Shown here one piece after another: positions 53,179 to 63,304 of a stretch of DNA of 64,000 nt. The notes under the pieces were generated by a model. The model did not search any database, was not told the DNA's origin, and saw only the letters and a program-made list of their open reading frames with translations. The DNA is from Cyanophora paradoxa CCMP329 (lineage: Eukaryota > Plantae > Glaucophyta). Position numbers and translations under genes: made by a program. Where the stretch lies: assembly GCA_004431415.1 (NCBI GenBank), contig QPMI01000109.1:83606-147605 (forward strand). Direction: 5' to 3'. Every line of letters begins with the position of its first letter. The first letter of the stretch is position 1.

Positions 53179-56100
53179 TCACACGCGCCTGTGAATGAGA
53201 GCATAGCAGTCGGAGAAAACGTTGTAAACCTCTGGGAAGCTTGGCGCCATGCCTGCCCTTGCCTGCTTAGCCTGGCGCTCTACTGCGTCGTCGAGCATGT
53301 CTTCCTCCCACGTGATGTAGCGTCGCTTTCGGCTGCCCATTTGCCCTCCGTCCGCGTCGGAGAAAGCGCGTCTCACTCCGAGGTACTTCTCCAGCAGGTA
53401 CTTGATGACTTGCCAAGACTGCTGCGAGAGCCGCTTCTTCTCACCGTCCGCTGCATCGAAGCGGGGCGCGCGCTCGTCCAGACTCTGCAGAGCCGCGTAC
53501 GCCTCCCGACCCTCCGGCGACGCCAGGGCCGCGTAGGCTTCGTCCGACCACAGAGCACGCCCCGCGAGCTTTCCATACCCCCGCCAGCCGAAGAGTTTCT
53601 TGAACAGCGCGACGACCTTCGATACCTTGAGGCGCTCAGCAGTAGGCACGATCTCGGCAACGTCCGCGCCATGCTTCAGCACCAGCGTGACCACGGCAGT
53701 GAGCGGGATGGAGTAGAACGAATCCCACATCCAGGCGACGTCTCCTTCGGTCAGCTCGCTCGGATCCTTGGCCAGGAACGCGGCGATCGACGTGCGAGCA
53801 AGCGAAGCAACCTTCTCGATGTCCAGCTTAGCGAGAGACTCGCGGGACTGCCTCCAGGCCAGCACCGTGCTCCACAGATCGACGGGCTCCAGCGCGCCCG
53901 CCTCCAGCACGCTCCTGATCTCGCGCAGCCGCTGCTCCTTCTCCTGCTTCGGTCCGCTCGGGTTTTGATCCTCCGTGACTTGCACGTTCATCAGCGCGCA
54001 GGTCGACATCAGCCGCAGGCGCGCTGCCACTGCGAGGCGCCGAGTGGGCATGCCGGCGCGGCGGCTCCCGCGGTGGCTAGCCTTCAGGTCCAGGTAGCGC
54101 TGCATGTCGTCCGAGCTCTCGTCGTCGTCGCTCTCACGCCAGTGCGCAGCCGCCGCGCCGACCGCAACCGAGGGCGTCCGGTTCTTGCGCACGGCGACGA
54201 GCAGGTGCTCCCGTCGGGCGTGCTGCGTTTGCGCAGCCTTCTGACTCGAAACAGCAGCTGCACGATGTCGTCCGCCTCCAGCTGCGCGGGCTCTGCCTGG
54301 AACACGCCGTAGACCTTGTCAAAGTGCGCGTCCGAAAAGTCCACGCCTGCCCCGAGCGCGGAAGTTGCGATGAGCACGTCGCAGGCCTTGTACGCGCCCT
54401 CCTCAGACACATCGATCGACACGATGCGCACTGGGCCCTCGTTCGTGAAGCGCACGCTCTTCTCCTTGGCCTGCCCAACGATGAGCCCGATCGTGAACGG
54501 TGCGCCGCTGCCGTCCTCGGCCCTGCCTCGAGCTGAGTCACGTACTGAGCGCCGCCCAGGCTGAGCTGCTCCAGCGCCTGCTTCGCAATCTTCTCCTGCA
54601 GCTCGATCGCCTTGGCCGGCGTCTCCGCGATGATCATGGCCCGCGAGCGCCCAGGTCGGCACTGCACCATGATGTCCGCCTCGACGTGCGCCGGGCTGTC
54701 TGACACGCGCATCTTCCAGTCGCAGGTGCGATGCGAGTTGTACAGGAGCCCCAGGCGCGCCCCGACCTCCTGCGCCGACTCTGCCAGGTACGCGAGATCG
54801 ACCGACCGAACGAAGCCGTCCATCGCCACGATGCGCGATGCCTTCATCACGCCGCGCCATAGGCCCACGCAGCGCGCGTTTCGAGGCACTGACCGCATAC
54901 CTAGGTGCAGGCCGGTGGGCTCGAGGGTGCCGCTCGAGGTGAGGTGCTTCGTGAGGGAGGAGAGCTCGTCCAGCACGACCAGTAGCGGCGCCGTCGACCA
55001 GCCCTCCCAGTCCTCGAGCACCTTGTGCAGCGAGTCCCATGTGATGACGACGCACCTGCACTCCTCATGGCGGAAGCCCCACTTGCCATGCGATCCCTTT
55101 GAGCTCTCCGGTGGCTTCTTGATGTCCATGTAAAGCACGGCGTCCTTTGACAACTCCGCAGCATCAATGCGACGCTTGAGGTCGCGGGAGAAGGCCCGGC
55201 GGCAAGTCACGAGGATCACTCGCCAGCCGCCTGCGAGGGCCGGGTCCAGGTACGCATCGATCAGCGCCTGCGTCTTCCCCGTGTTGAGTCCCGAGCAGAT
55301 GACGTCGACCTGCGGCTGAGCGGATCTCGGGTTCTGCTCCAGCGCCCCGAATGCGGAGGTAAGGATCTTGCACGAGAGGTGGCGTTCATCCACTGCATTG
55401 ACGCAAGCCTCCAGGCCCGTCGACTCGAGCGCGATCAGGAGGGAGGGGAGGGCAATGTCGAAGGCGACAGGCTGCGAGGGATCGGTCACATAGCGGGTCT
55501 GTGCCACGCTGCCCGACTCCCCTCCGGTCCCCTCCCCCTCGAGCTCGACTTCAATACCGTGCGCCTGGATGGAGATTCGAGCCGCCGGCGCCCCCGGCTG
55601 ACTCCCGCCCAGGACGAGGGTGATGGACCCGTCGGGCTCGACTCCAAGGTGCTGAACGCGGCGGGCGTCGTGCAGGCCAAGGTCCGCGCGCAGCTCTGCC
55701 CCCGCCTTCCAGATCTCGTCCCTCACCGCCTTGTTCTTGCGCAGGCGGTCCAGGAGCCGCTCCAAGGCCGGCAGGCTTGGGCTCGAATCCAGGAGAGCGC
55801 CCGGCTCCGGGATGGGCTTAGCGCGGGGCGCCGAGCTTCTGGATGGAGTGGGGAGGAGCTCCGCTCGCGGCCCGGGCGCCGGCCCCCGCAGAACGTAGCC
55901 CCCCGTGCCATCCACACCGAGCTCCAGGCCGCTCGAGCTCCCAAAGAACCATGCCATGAGATCGCAAGCCTCCGGGCTCTGTAGGACGTAGGCAGCCTTG
56001 AATCCATTATCCAAGGGCGAGAGAAAGTGAAGCCTCCGAACTTGGTTGCAAAGGCGCAGGCTGCCGCGGTGCTCGTCTCATCCTCGGCACCCGAGAAGTG

Positions 56101-56298
56101 GCTGGGGGTGATGCAGGGCGGGTGGAAGACGCAGAAAGCCGTCCCCAGGGTCGGGCTGCAGGCCTTCTGGACTTCGACGAGAGGGAATCGAACGAAAAAG
56201 CTGCACTCCTGCTCGCTCAGATCTATCTGCTGTACCCCGGGCCCGGGCATACGGGCCAGGAAGGCGTCGACGTCGAGAGACACGCGTCCGGTTGCCAT
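53179..56298 (-). CDS. UL9-like (Herpes_ori_bp family) SF2 origin-binding helicase; about three frameshifts (~56015, ~54520, ~54190)
   Basis: ICSGLNTGKT (motif I), ILVTCRRAFS, VVITWDSLHKV, VVLDELSS, IVAMDG; next frame LIATSALGAGVDFSDAHF and QLLFRVR. Motif order matches UL9-type helicases. Confidence 0.82.
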
Positions 56299-56388
56299 GG
56301 TCGTCTCTCTATAGCTAGGCTTGGAAAATTCTAGATCTACTAGGCTAGTCAACGTCTGTTGGCTAGCTATAGTCGACGTCTGGACTGC

Positions 56389-56524
56389 TGTCTCGACCTT
56401 CTGAGATATTAATTTAAAGATCTGGGAGGGTCGGGACAGGCTCTGGTCCGTCTGGATCCGGACTGCTCAGCGGCTGTCTCGACCTTCTGAGATATTAATT
56501 TAAAGATCTGGGAGGGTCGGGACA
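56389..56524. repeat. Two more palindrome copies (56389-56438, 56475-56524; period 86)
   Basis: TGTCTCGACCTTCTGAGATATTAATTTAAAGATCTGGGAGGGTCGGGACA occurs twice. Confidence 0.93.
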
Positions 56525-57580
56525 GGCTTTGGTCCGACCTTAAGCGCTCAACTAGACCCGGTTGACACCGTCTTGATCTCTCCTTCTTGGCGCAGCGGAC
56601 GATGTGACGCGCAGACCGTCGGCCCGGCGGACGGGGAGGCGCGCGCGTAGAACTTCGGAAGCGCTAGCCCCTTGCTTGACCGAAGCTTAGAAAGTTTTGA
56701 GCGCACGTGAATGCGACACGTGTAGAGAGAAGGCAGAGCGCGCCGGAGCTAGCTTGCGCGGCCGAGCGCTCGACCGCCTTTGCTCCTAAGCTCAGAAAGT
56801 TTTGGGCTCACGCGGTTGCTCCACGTGTTTCGACTCAAAACACAGTACCCCAACCCGAAAAAAAGCGCCCGGGCAGCGCATCTCGCAGCGCCCGGGCCCA
56901 GCGCTCCTTGCAGCACTTGCCAGAGGCACTAGCTTGCATTCCGCTCAGCCCGGAGAGCCGCCGCCTCGCTCCTTTCGATTCGGAGGTGCGCCTCACTTCG
57001 CAACCTCTTTCTCCGCACCACGGCTAGCTCCGGACCTCAGATTTTGGGCGCTGGAAAGCTCTCTCGACGCCGCACTCACGCCGCCACGCGCAGGGTCGCT
57101 CGCGCCGGCCGCGGACCTTCGAAAGCTCGATGGCGCCCGAGCCGGAGCACTCCGCCGCATCCCGCAGGTGCCAGCTCGCTCTCTTGCCGCTCTATCCCTT
57201 GCATTTAGCACCTAGAACATGCCCCGCAACCTCGCGCTCGATTCGCCCGCGTCCGCTGACATTTGGTCTCTGAGCAGGTGCCGAGATTGGCCGCCGCGCC
57301 TTCCGCAACTCGAGCCGACGTTCGCGGCGACTTGCGCACGCTTCTAGATCTCGTTCTCAAGCCCGCGCATCGATTCGGCGGCTCCGGCTCGCCTCCCCGC
57401 GCCTCCAGCCCCGCGCCCCACACCCGTTCTTGTCCTAGCTAAGCCCTCCCTTGTCCGCGGCCAGTCGCGGGCTACGCGCATCGCGGATAGCATCAGTGGA
57501 GCTACGTTTCAGCGCTGGACGCAGGCCCGCCCGCCCAATCCCTCCCACCTCCCGCTCGCAGCACGCTCACTGGGCCGCAG

Positions 57581-58823
57581 GCAGCTTCGCGGGGAGCCGC
57601 TGGATTCGAAGCCGCGCACCTTCCCCGCCCGTCCCGACGTCGTACGCGCTAACGTCGCCCGCGCCGCAGGTGGCCGCCAGGCCTCCTGCATCCAGGCCTT
57701 CGAGCCGGCGTGGCTGCGGGCGCAGCGCCTCGGCTTCTGGCAGGAGACGGCCTCCTGTCCCCTCACCCGCTTCATCATCGCCCACTGCGCCGTCGACCCC
57801 ACCACCTACGTCGCCGCCCCGAACACGGAGGGCTACATGACGAGCGTCGCGGGCATCGTCGAGTACATCGCGCGCACGGAGGGCCCCGACACCTCCGCCG
57901 CCGTCGGCGCCGACATCGAGAACGGCCGGCTGGACGAGACCCTCGCCGGCTTCGGCTCCTGGTGCCGCCCCTACTCCTACAAGCTCGGCGGCGTCTGGCA
58001 GACCTACATCCGCGGCATCGTCCCCAAGGCCCCGCTCTCCCTCGGCGAGAGCCAGCCGGCGCTGGAGGCGATCGCGATCCCCGTCGCCCAGTTCAAGGAC
58101 CCGGCGCCCGACGTCGGGCCCTTCCTCGTCAAGCCCCACACCAAGGGCAAGGGCAAGCGCACCCGCAACTCGGCGCCGGCCTTCCTCCCGCCCCAGCCCC
58201 CCGCCACGGCCCCCAGCAGCGCCCCGGCCAGCAGCGCATCGACGAGATGCTGCCGCGCCAGGTCCGGCCCCGCGTACCCCCGCCTTCCCTCCCGTACCCC
58301 CCTCCCCCCGCCCCCTCCTGATCCAAGGGCAGGGTACCCCGACGAACGGCGGCGCGGGCCCGAGCGGCTACGGGAGCTCGGCCTCCTCCGCGAGCGCCGA
58401 CGGCCCCAGCCCCCTCCCCGGCCCCGGCGCCGTCCTCACGCGATCCAGGGCTTCGGGGCCCAGCAGGAGGCCGAGCGGCGGGCGCTGGCGGCGCGCCAGG
58501 CGCGCGAGGCGGAGGAGCGGCGCCAGGCCCTCTGGGCCCAGCGCCTGCAGGCCACCATCGCCTTCCGCGCCGAGCTGGACTCCGGCTTCCGCGCCGGCCA
58601 GATCGCCGGGGCGGAGGCCTCGGAGCGCTGGCGGGCGTTCGAGGCGGAGTCGGCGGGGCTGGCGAAGGGCCTCGGCTACAGCTACCGGCGCGTGCCCGTG
58701 CTCAAGGACTACGCGTCGGCCGCGGCGCGGGAGGCCTCGCGGGCGGAGATCGACGCGGCGGAGGAGCAGGCGGCGCGCGAGGAGGCCGAGGACAACGCGC
58801 GCTTCCGGCACCTGCACCACTGA
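57581..58823 (+). CDS. Element gene with host-type spliceosomal introns; C-terminal coiled coil; start not resolved
   Basis: Exon ...CPLTRFIIAHCAVDPTTYV...GVWQTYIRGIVPK; branch GCTAAC plus acceptor CAG at 57667-57669; GT-AG intron 58262-58332. Confidence 0.55.
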
Positions 58824-58872
58824 GGCCCCGAGGCGGTATTTTTTCTCAACCCTCCCTCAATTCGGTCCCGCG

Positions 58873-59124
58873 ATGGCCTTCGAAGCTTATCCTGCCCACT
58901 ACTCGCTAGGAGCGCTGGCCGCGACCCTCACCTGGCTCCTCGGCGGCACCCCCACGGCCTCGGCGGTCATAGGCGTGGGCTTCGGCTACGCCGCCAAGTC
59001 CCTCTACGCCCCGGCGGCGCCTCGCAGGCGGCGGCCGGCATGCGCCCCGCCGGGCGCTAACTTTTCAAAGTTCATTCTCCCCTCCCCTTTTCCGAGTTCC
59101 GAGTCCGTTGGCGTTCCCTTTTAA
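58873..59124 (+). CDS. Small hydrophobic ORFan
   Basis: YSLGALAATLTWLLGG...AVIGVGFGYAAK; upstream TTTTTCTCA motif. Confidence 0.55.
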   Translation: MAFEAYPAHYSLGALAATLTWLLGGTPTASAVIGVGFGYAAKSLYAPAAPRRRRPACAPPGANFSKFILPSPFPSSESVGVPF

Positions 59125-59154
59125 ATTTTCTTCATTCTCGTTACACGTTCGAAG

Positions 59155-59634
59155 ATGTCGAGCGCGGTAGAGAAGCTGCTGTGCACCGTGTTCAAATCGG
59201 ATTCGCGATGCAGCAAGATCGGCGAGGCGGCGAGGGCTAAGGGCGGGGCGGCGGCGGAGGGGCCCAGGGTGAAGGCGGCGGATCCCGCGCCGCCGTCGCT
59301 GAAAACGATCAAGGGGGCGGGCAAGGGCAGGAGCGTGGGGGCGCTGCCCCTCGTGGCGATCGCGCCGGGGCAGAGGGAGGCGGCGCACGCGGCGACGGCG
59401 GCGCTGGCCGCGCGGCGCCAGGCGGAGGCCTACCCGTGCCTGGGCCGGGGGCTGCACCCGCCGGCCGACCGCCCCTACGCCGTGAGCGCCTACTTCGACG
59501 AGGCCAACCGGCTGAGCTGCCAGGAGCTGTGCGACAACCGCATGCGGCGCGCCGTGGACGGGCACCTGCCGCTGCTGGTGGCGCTGGGCGGCTCGCTCCT
59601 GATGGTCTGGTACCTGCGCGGCCTGGTCATTTAG
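59155..59634 (+). CDS. ORFan with Cys residues and a C-terminal TM anchor
   Basis: Ends LPLLVALGGSLLMVWYLRGLVI; tightly packed between its neighbours. Confidence 0.7.
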   Translation: MSSAVEKLLCTVFKSDSRCSKIGEAARAKGGAAAEGPRVKAADPAPPSLKTIKGAGKGRSVGALPLVAIAPGQREAAHAATAALAARRQAEAYPCLGRGLHPPADRPYAVSAYFDEANRLSCQELCDNRMRRAVDGHLPLLVALGGSLLMVWYLRGLVI

Positions 59635-59660
59635 ATAGTTTTTCGAAGTCTAGGTCAAAG

Positions 59661-60062
59661 ATGGGCTGGGTGGACGCCGTGCTGACCAAGGTCTTCGGAC
59701 CGAAGAGCGCGCAGCCGCCGCCGAGCTTCAACCTGGCCGCGGCGATCAGCACGACGATCGAGCGCAAGAACAACGAGCTCATCCTAAAGAACGACGGCAA
59801 GCTTCCCTGGGCCGACGTGGCCGCGGGCGCACTCGGCAGCACGCTGACGGGAATCGATCGGACGGGCGCCGCGGGCGTGAAGGTCGGGCAGGCGGTTGCG
59901 GCCGTGCCGGAGCTTGCGATGAAGGGCTGGCACTACGCCAAGATCGCCGCCGGCGTCGCCGCGGTGCTCCTTGCGATCTGGCTCGCGTGGCAGCTGCGCG
60001 GCGCCTACCAGGGCGCGCGCCTGCAGAGCGCCCAGCTCGACTATTTTCTAAAGGCTAGGTAA
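59661..60062 (+). CDS. ORFan with an MG N-terminus and a TM helix
   Basis: MGWVDAVLTKVFG...IAAGVAAVLLAIWLAWQLR. Confidence 0.7.
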   Translation: MGWVDAVLTKVFGPKSAQPPPSFNLAAAISTTIERKNNELILKNDGKLPWADVAAGALGSTLTGIDRTGAAGVKVGQAVAAVPELAMKGWHYAKIAAGVAAVLLAIWLAWQLRGAYQGARLQSAQLDYFLKAR

Positions 60063-60074
60063 AGCGAGCGAACC

Positions 60075-60447
60075 ATGCGCGGCGGCTCTTCCCCCGTGTT
60101 TCCTTCGCTGAGAACCCGGTGGCGAACGCAGTCGCCCCTACCCCCTGGAGCCCGGAGTGAAGCTGGAGCGTGCGAACGCAGTCTCCGTCAAGAAGGCCAA
60201 GCGCACGCTGGCGCTGGAAGTCCCGGTCGCGGAGGATACGGAGAAGGTTGCATTCAACAAGCGCAAGACGTACAAGGCGATACGCGAGGGACAGCTGCTG
60301 CCCACGGACTCGGTTCCCGGGCTGCCGGGCACCACGGCCGGCGAGCTCCTAGTGCGCAACCTGCGCCTGCAGTACGTCTCCCGCCTCCGCCGCTCCAAGG
60401 CCAAGAAGGCGCGCCTGGACTCGGGCGATAGCAGCTCTAGCTCGTAG
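60075..60447 (+). CDS. Small basic ORFan (probable frameshift near the 5' end)
   Basis: ATG at 60075 follows ATTTTCTAA; main frame VKLERANAVSVKKAKR...RLRRSKAKKARLDSGDSSSSS. Confidence 0.5.
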
Positions 60448-60563
60448 GGCTCTGTACTGTTGTATTCAATGCCTTTACCAGTTCCTGTTCCTATCCCAGA
60501 GCACGACTCGGGTGAAGGGCACGGTCATAGCGAACATGAACTCGGCGAACTTTGCAAAGTTCA

Positions 60564-60757
60564 TCAGGGTTCCCAGGCGGGGATCCTCCAGTAGATCGCC
60601 TCGCGCAGCGCCTCGTAGACGCGCATGAGGGAGCGCTCGTTCTCCGTCGCGAAGGCGTCGCCGGGCTCGTCGGGGTCGGGATCCGTGAGCTCGGAGTACT
60701 CGTCCGAGCTGCCCGCGCTCTCGGCACCTGCGGCGGGTCGGGCGAGGGGTCGGGCAT
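60564..60757 (-). CDS. Small acidic ORFan (probable frameshift)
   Basis: ATG at 60757; acidic frame SSDEYSELTDPDPDEPGDAFATENERSLMRVYEALREAIYWRIPAWEP. Confidence 0.45.
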
Positions 60758-60805
60758 TCTTTGCTGGTAGAAGGGTTAGAAGAGGGACCAGAAAATCACT
60801 AGCAA

Positions 60806-61147
60806 TCACGGGCGCCGGAACTCCATCGAGTCGCCGCGCCAGTACTTGTTGCCGGAGGCGAGCAGCTTCATCGGCTCGCCCGTCGAATCGTGCTTCCAGG
60901 CCTCGCCGTCCCAGAGGGCCGTGCCGCCGTCCTCTAGCTTGAGGCGGTGGCCCGGCTCGAGCCGGTTGCCGTCGAGCATGCGGCCGGCCATGAGCGCCAG
61001 GTCCCACTCGGTGAGGTTGCGCTGCTCTGCGGGGGTGAGGCCGCGCTCGACGCGCTCGGGCTGGCGCGCCTCGCGCTCCATGCGGCTGAGGCCTACCAGG
61101 AAGAAGATGGGCAACGCAAAGGCCATGAGATCTAGCAGGGCCTCCAT
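60806..61147 (-). CDS. ORFan with an N-terminal hydrophobic anchor
   Basis: MEALLDLMAFALPIFFLVGLSRM...ALWDGEAWKH; upstream CTTTTCTAA. Confidence 0.65.
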   Translation of the reverse strand: MEALLDLMAFALPIFFLVGLSRMEREARQPERVERGLTPAEQRNLTEWDLALMAGRMLDGNRLEPGHRLKLEDGGTALWDGEAWKHDSTGEPMKLLASGNKYWRGDSMEFRRP

Positions 61148-61156
61148 TGGGCAGAC

Positions 61157-61444
61157 TTAGAAAAGGTTCCGGACCAGGCCCGAGAGCTGCGGGCCCAGGC
61201 GCCGGGCGGCGTAGTAGAGCGCGGCCGCCGCCGCCGCAAGGATCAGAAGGCGCGGCGGGCCGCGCGCCGGCTCCTCCAGGGTCAGGTCCACGGTCTCCGG
61301 CCCGCGCGCCGGAGCCGCCAGGATCTCGGGCTCGGAGCAGAGGGACTTGGGCCCGCGGCGGCGGCGCTGCTTGGGCGCCGAGGCGGCGGCGGTGAGAAGG
61401 TCCTCAGGCTCCTGCTTGATACCTGCGCAATCGGTGAAGTCCAT
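61157..61444 (-). CDS. ORFan with a C-terminal TM
   Basis: MDFTDCAGIKQEPEDL...PKQRRRR...TVDLT...LLILAAAAAALYYAARR. Confidence 0.65.
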   Translation of the reverse strand: MDFTDCAGIKQEPEDLLTAAASAPKQRRRRGPKSLCSEPEILAAPARGPETVDLTLEEPARGPPRLLILAAAAAALYYAARRLGPQLSGLVRNLF

Positions 61445-61512
61445 GCTTGCTGGGTACCTTGGAAAATTGTGGGAGGCGTCCGGAGTGTGCGAACGTAGCT
61501 CCAATGGGATTT

Positions 61513-62174
61513 GCGTCATTTACGTCCGCGTCATTTACGTCACGGAGTTTGCCGGCGACTCGGGACTCGGGCCCAACTTCTCCCGGTAAGTTCGAGACTT
61601 GAACTCGGCGGGGTACCCCCGGTGTCCTAGTGTCCTAGTGTCCTAGTGCTACTAGCTAGGTGGTATCGATATCTAGCTAGCTAGCGCTAGCGCTTGCTTA
61701 ATTAATTAACCTGAAGGGTCGCGTCATTTACGTCAGCGTCATTTACGTCACGGAGTTTGCCGGCGACTCGGGACTCGGGCCCAACTTCTCCCGGTAAGTT
61801 CGTCACGACCAGTAGCTACTAGTACCGCTAGTACTACGTAGTACTACTTAGTACTACTTGGTACTACTTAGTACTACTAGCTTAGTACTAGTAGCCACCG
61901 ATACTGGTACAGCTTTTATAGATTTAAGCATTCATTCAATGTGAATAACGATAATAGTAATAATAATAACGATAAGTAATAGGGATACCCTATTTTTCCA
62001 AGTCTCGAACTTACCGGGAGAAGTTGGGCCCGAGTCCCGAGTCGCCGGCAAACTCCGTGACGTAAATGACGCTGACGTAAATGACGCGACCTTCGGTAAC
62101 CTCCGCAACCCTTCAGGTAAATGTCAGGTAACTTCAGTTGAGTTAATTAAGCAAGCGCTAGCTAGCTAGATATC
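61513..62174. repeat. Inverted-repeat control region
   Basis: An ~85-bp unit occurs at 61513-61601 and 61721-61802 and inverted at 61999-62091. Extended arms 61668-61802 / 62007-62174. The spacer holds AGTACTACTT repeats and an AT-rich tract; (GTGTCCTA)3 at 61622-61645. Confidence 0.92.
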
Positions 62175-62594
62175 ACAGCTCTACCTTGCCCAAGTTGATG
62201 GTATCTAGCAGGGCCTGCTCCTCCAAGTCTGCACCGCCGCCGCCGCCCAGCGCTAGCGCTAGCTCGATACCGCCTCCGGCCTTGATCTCCCTTGGCTCCA
62301 GCCACCTGAGGGGCTCAGGCCACCTCCTCCTGGTGAAGCCGGTATCGTTGCTCTTGTCCAGCTTGAGGTAGCGGTAGGGCGCCGGCGCCGGCCAGTCCGG
62401 CCTGTGGCCGCTTGCCTCCTTGGCTATGTCCTTGGCCTACGCGGTCGCAGGTCCGCCTTGGCCTTCGCCCTCTGCAAGGGCCCAGCGCCTTGAACTTCGG
62501 TGCCTTGGTCGCCGGCAGGGCCTTCGGCTGGGGCTTCACCGCCTTCGGCTGCTGAGGCCTTAGCTGCTTCGATTTCGGCATACTTCTTGCTCAT
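62173..62594 (-). CDS. ORFan (frameshift near 62430); start overlaps the upstream stop as ATGA
   Basis: MSKKYAEIEAAKASAAEGG... and ...APYRYLKLDKSNDTGFTRRRWPEPLRWLEP...INLGKVEL*. Confidence 0.5.
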
Positions 62595-62818
62595 AATGAG
62601 AAAAGCGCCTCGAAGTCGGCCTTTATCTCCTCCTTGGTCCAGGATGTCACCTGATCCGGGTCACCTGAGAACGGCGCATCGAACGCCACGTGGAGCGATT
62701 TGCAGGCCTGAGCTATCATTGGCTCGGGCCAGGCCAGCTCGATCAGCTGAAGGTAGATGTTCAGGGCCTTGTCGAGCTTGGCGCCCTGAGAGACTAGCTG
62801 GGAGATAGCGGGCTCCAT
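62591..62818 (-). CDS. Small helical ORFan
   Basis: MEPAISQLVSQGAKLDKALNIYLQLIELAWPEP...FEALFSL; upstream ATTTTCTAA. Confidence 0.6.
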   Translation of the reverse strand: MEPAISQLVSQGAKLDKALNIYLQLIELAWPEPMIAQACKSLHVAFDAPFSGDPDQVTSWTKEEIKADFEALFSL

Positions 62819-62901
62819 GTACAGCAGAGCTTTAGAAAATGGCGCCAAGTCCAAGTCCTTTTTTACGGGCGAGGCCTGGCCGGGGCCAGGGCCGAGTCCC
62901 A

Positions 62902-63013
62902 ACTCCGTGACGTAAATGACGCTGACGTAAATGACGCGGACGTAAATGACGCCGAATTTTCAAGTTGCCCTCACCTGAAACTCAGCTGAGCGCTCACCTG
63001 ACCCTCACCTGAA
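62902..63013. promoter_or_regulatory. Putative divergent promoter: three GACGTAAATGACG repeats then CTCACCTGA repeats
   Basis: Lies between divergent ORFs; shares AACTCCGTGACGTAAATGACGCTGACGTAAATGACGCG with the 61.5-62.1 kb unit. Confidence 0.6.
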
Positions 63014-63077
63014 CGGCCTCAAAACCGCAGCCCCGCCGCGCCCTCTCCTCACACTTCAAAGCCAAGAGAAATCAAGA

Positions 63078-63304
63078 ATGTGCATCCCACGTACTTCACC
63101 TGCTGTCTCACCTTCGGCATCTTCGCATACGTCATATACGACGATGAGTTCGACCGAAACACGTTCTACTTCTGCAAGCTCCTTCGCGACATTTCGTCGG
63201 AGCACCGCAAGGGCGATGAGTATGATTGGATTCAACTGCTCCCCCTCAAGAACGAGATCGTACTGTGGAGAGAGAAGTGCAATTGTAGGCAGGTTCAAGA
63301 TTAG
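63078..63304 (+). CDS. Small ORFan with a hydrophobic N-terminus (start or frame uncertain)
   Basis: PTYFTCCLTFGIFAYVIYDDEFDRNTFYFCKLL... Confidence 0.4.

Noticed and set aside
56530-57520. ORFs 56707-57027 and 56802-57215
   Set aside because: No motif or coding signal; probably regulatory DNA or unresolved 5' exons between divergent genes.
61622-61645. (GTGTCCTA)3 as telomeric repeats for telomere integration
   Set aside because: Only three copies and not a TTAGGG/TTTAGGG-type unit.
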